The position numbers and the translations under genes are program-made. A stretch of 64,000 nt of DNA, from positions 7,079,425 through 7,143,424 of the forward strand of contig CP154954.1 of the NCBI GenBank assembly GCA_039621445.1, read 5' to 3'. The DNA comes from Euglena gracilis (taxonomy: Eukaryota). Each line of letters begins with the position of its first letter. The stretch's first letter is position 1. Positions 62,157 to 64,000 of this stretch are shown here, piece after piece. The notes below the pieces were generated by a model. The model was not told the DNA's origin. It made no database searches and worked only from the letters and a program-made list of their open reading frames with translations.

Positions 62157-64000
62157 GTCGTGCGAGTTAATGATTTGTTTGCCTCCCATTCTGTGCTTAA
62201 GTGATCCGCCTCCCCCCTCTCTTGCTGGAGGCTGATGCCTGCCTCGCCTGCCACCCCTATTGTCTTTTTCCTGCCGAAAGTTTGGGCTGACCAACACACT
62301 GCCTTGCTGACACCCATAGTTTTATTATGTGTGGATCGAACGGATGGTGTTGGAAGGAAGATCAGAAGGTTATTTTGATGGGCCACCGATCAGGCCAAAA
62401 GGCCAGATTCCTAAGATCGTTCTTATGTTTCCCGCTATTTTCAGGGATGGTGGTTCCACCAGAAGCCCAACCACATTTTTTTACCTGGTTTTGCTCATTG
62501 TTTCCAAGCTCTCTCATTCCTCATTCTGGGAGGATCTGAGAATTCAACGAACGTTCGATTGGTTTATGCAGTGTACAGCATTCTTGCAATAGAGTTTTCA
62601 ATCGTTTCAGCTCCATCACAAACTGGGGGACCGCATAATCTCAAGTAATCCTCGATAGTCTGCTTTTGGGGGGTGGATACTAAAAGGAAAAGGCCCAGGA
62701 AAGCGTCTGAGACAGTTGTTTTCTCATTTTTTGGATAATATTTAATGTTTTTTTTTGTGGAATTAGAAATTAAGGATTTCCGCTGGCCAAAATTGCGGGA
62801 GGCGATCACGTAATCAGCGGACCCCCCCCAGTGGGTTGAGGGGGGTCCAGCTGGTCCATTTTTTCCAGTGTCTAGCAAAATGGCTGGTCACTGGAACCCC
62901 CCCGGCGTCCTTAAGCAACAGCCTGCCAGTTTCTGGTGTAAGTCAGGGTCCTTGAAAACCACATTGTCTGCATTTTCCCATTCAGTACTCCTGGACAGCA
63001 AAGCCACCAATAGCCCAAGCTTTGCACCACTCAACAGCCCAGTTGTGGGTCGGTGAGTCTTTTGTTCCGAATCTTCAGGTCTTTAGATTCTTGGACCATG
63101 GCACATGCTCAACCGTTCTGGGATTTGAAAAAAGCATCTTTTTTTGTTACCTTGAAAGAACTTCCTATTCCACAGCACATTCTTCGAGTTTTTTTTTAAA
63201 ACCATCCTTTTTGATAATTGTGCAGTGTCCCAGTTTTTTTAATTAATAACATTAATTTAGCACACTGAACGAGCTCAACTGAACGTTGTTGCACAATTTT
63301 TTAAAGGAAATTCTTCAAAAACAATTTCGCCAATGCTTTCTTCCAACGTGCACTGAGCAACGAGGTTTTGAGGTTGTGACTGGGAACGCTCTGTGAGGTC
63401 TTTTTTTTATTTTTATTTTTGGCACATCTTCTTTGGGGTGTTCTTATTATTATTATTTTGTGGGCAGAATTTATGTGTCTGATCATCTTTTTTGCATTTC
63501 GGCATTCCTGGATTGCCAAAGAAATTTCTTTTGATGATGTGATTTTGGAGGGCTGGAATCAAGCCTGCGAGGTAGTGCAAAAAATTATCGTCTCCAGCCG
63601 CTGTTTCCCATGTGCCTGGCAACGAACGCCTGCAGGCGCCTCGAGTCACCGTCCGGCACAGCTGGTTGTGTGCTAGCTGTGTCCTCCTACGGCGGGGTCA
63701 TTCAGATTGTACACCAACCAGACTTCCAGTGGGGGGGGGTACAAAAAATCCGTTTTATTTTCCGTAGAATGATAGAATGGTCCCTCGGCTTATGATTTAA
63801 TTCGCTCAAAGAAAGTAAAACTCGAACAAAAAACAAAACCCACTTGTGTTTTGGATAATGTTTTAAGGTGATCAGTCTCCACGCACATCTGACTGTCTGG
63901 GGTCAAAGTTGATGGGTTTTGTAAACTCTCGTTTTAATGAAAGTTATCCTCATTTGAACGCATCGAATGCCGATAGAGGTCATCCTGAAAAATGTGGCCC

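Overview
Eukaryotic, intron-rich DNA that looks euglenid (Euglena-like). Short GC-rich exons are separated mostly by non-GT-AG introns whose ends base-pair (intron +4..+6, usually CAG, pairs with -8..-6, usually CTG), so the ORF track misses the real genes. Splicing by that rule gives: (1) the 3' end of a TRPV/OSM-9-like channel gene (716-4215); (2) a weakly supported coiled-coil gene (about 7.1-8.9 kb); (3) a second, nearly complete ankyrin-repeat + 6TM TRPV-like paralogue (about 13.7-40.0 kb, about 25 exons) with four intron presence/absence differences from paralogue 1; (4) two cytochrome b561 genes (41392-49400, 55451-62156) in a tandem segmental duplication, each with a Met-rich (MxM) loop and a mix of GT-AG and non-conventional introns. 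Introns and spacers hold many TA-flanked MITE-like elements with oligo-C/oligo-G ends. There is also a 3.65 kb TIR element carrying 14 GAAGCG-N6-CGCTTC-type dyads, a perfect 212-bp palindrome and several microsatellites. I saw no rRNA, tRNA or CRISPR. All gene models were built by eye and need RNA-seq confirmation.
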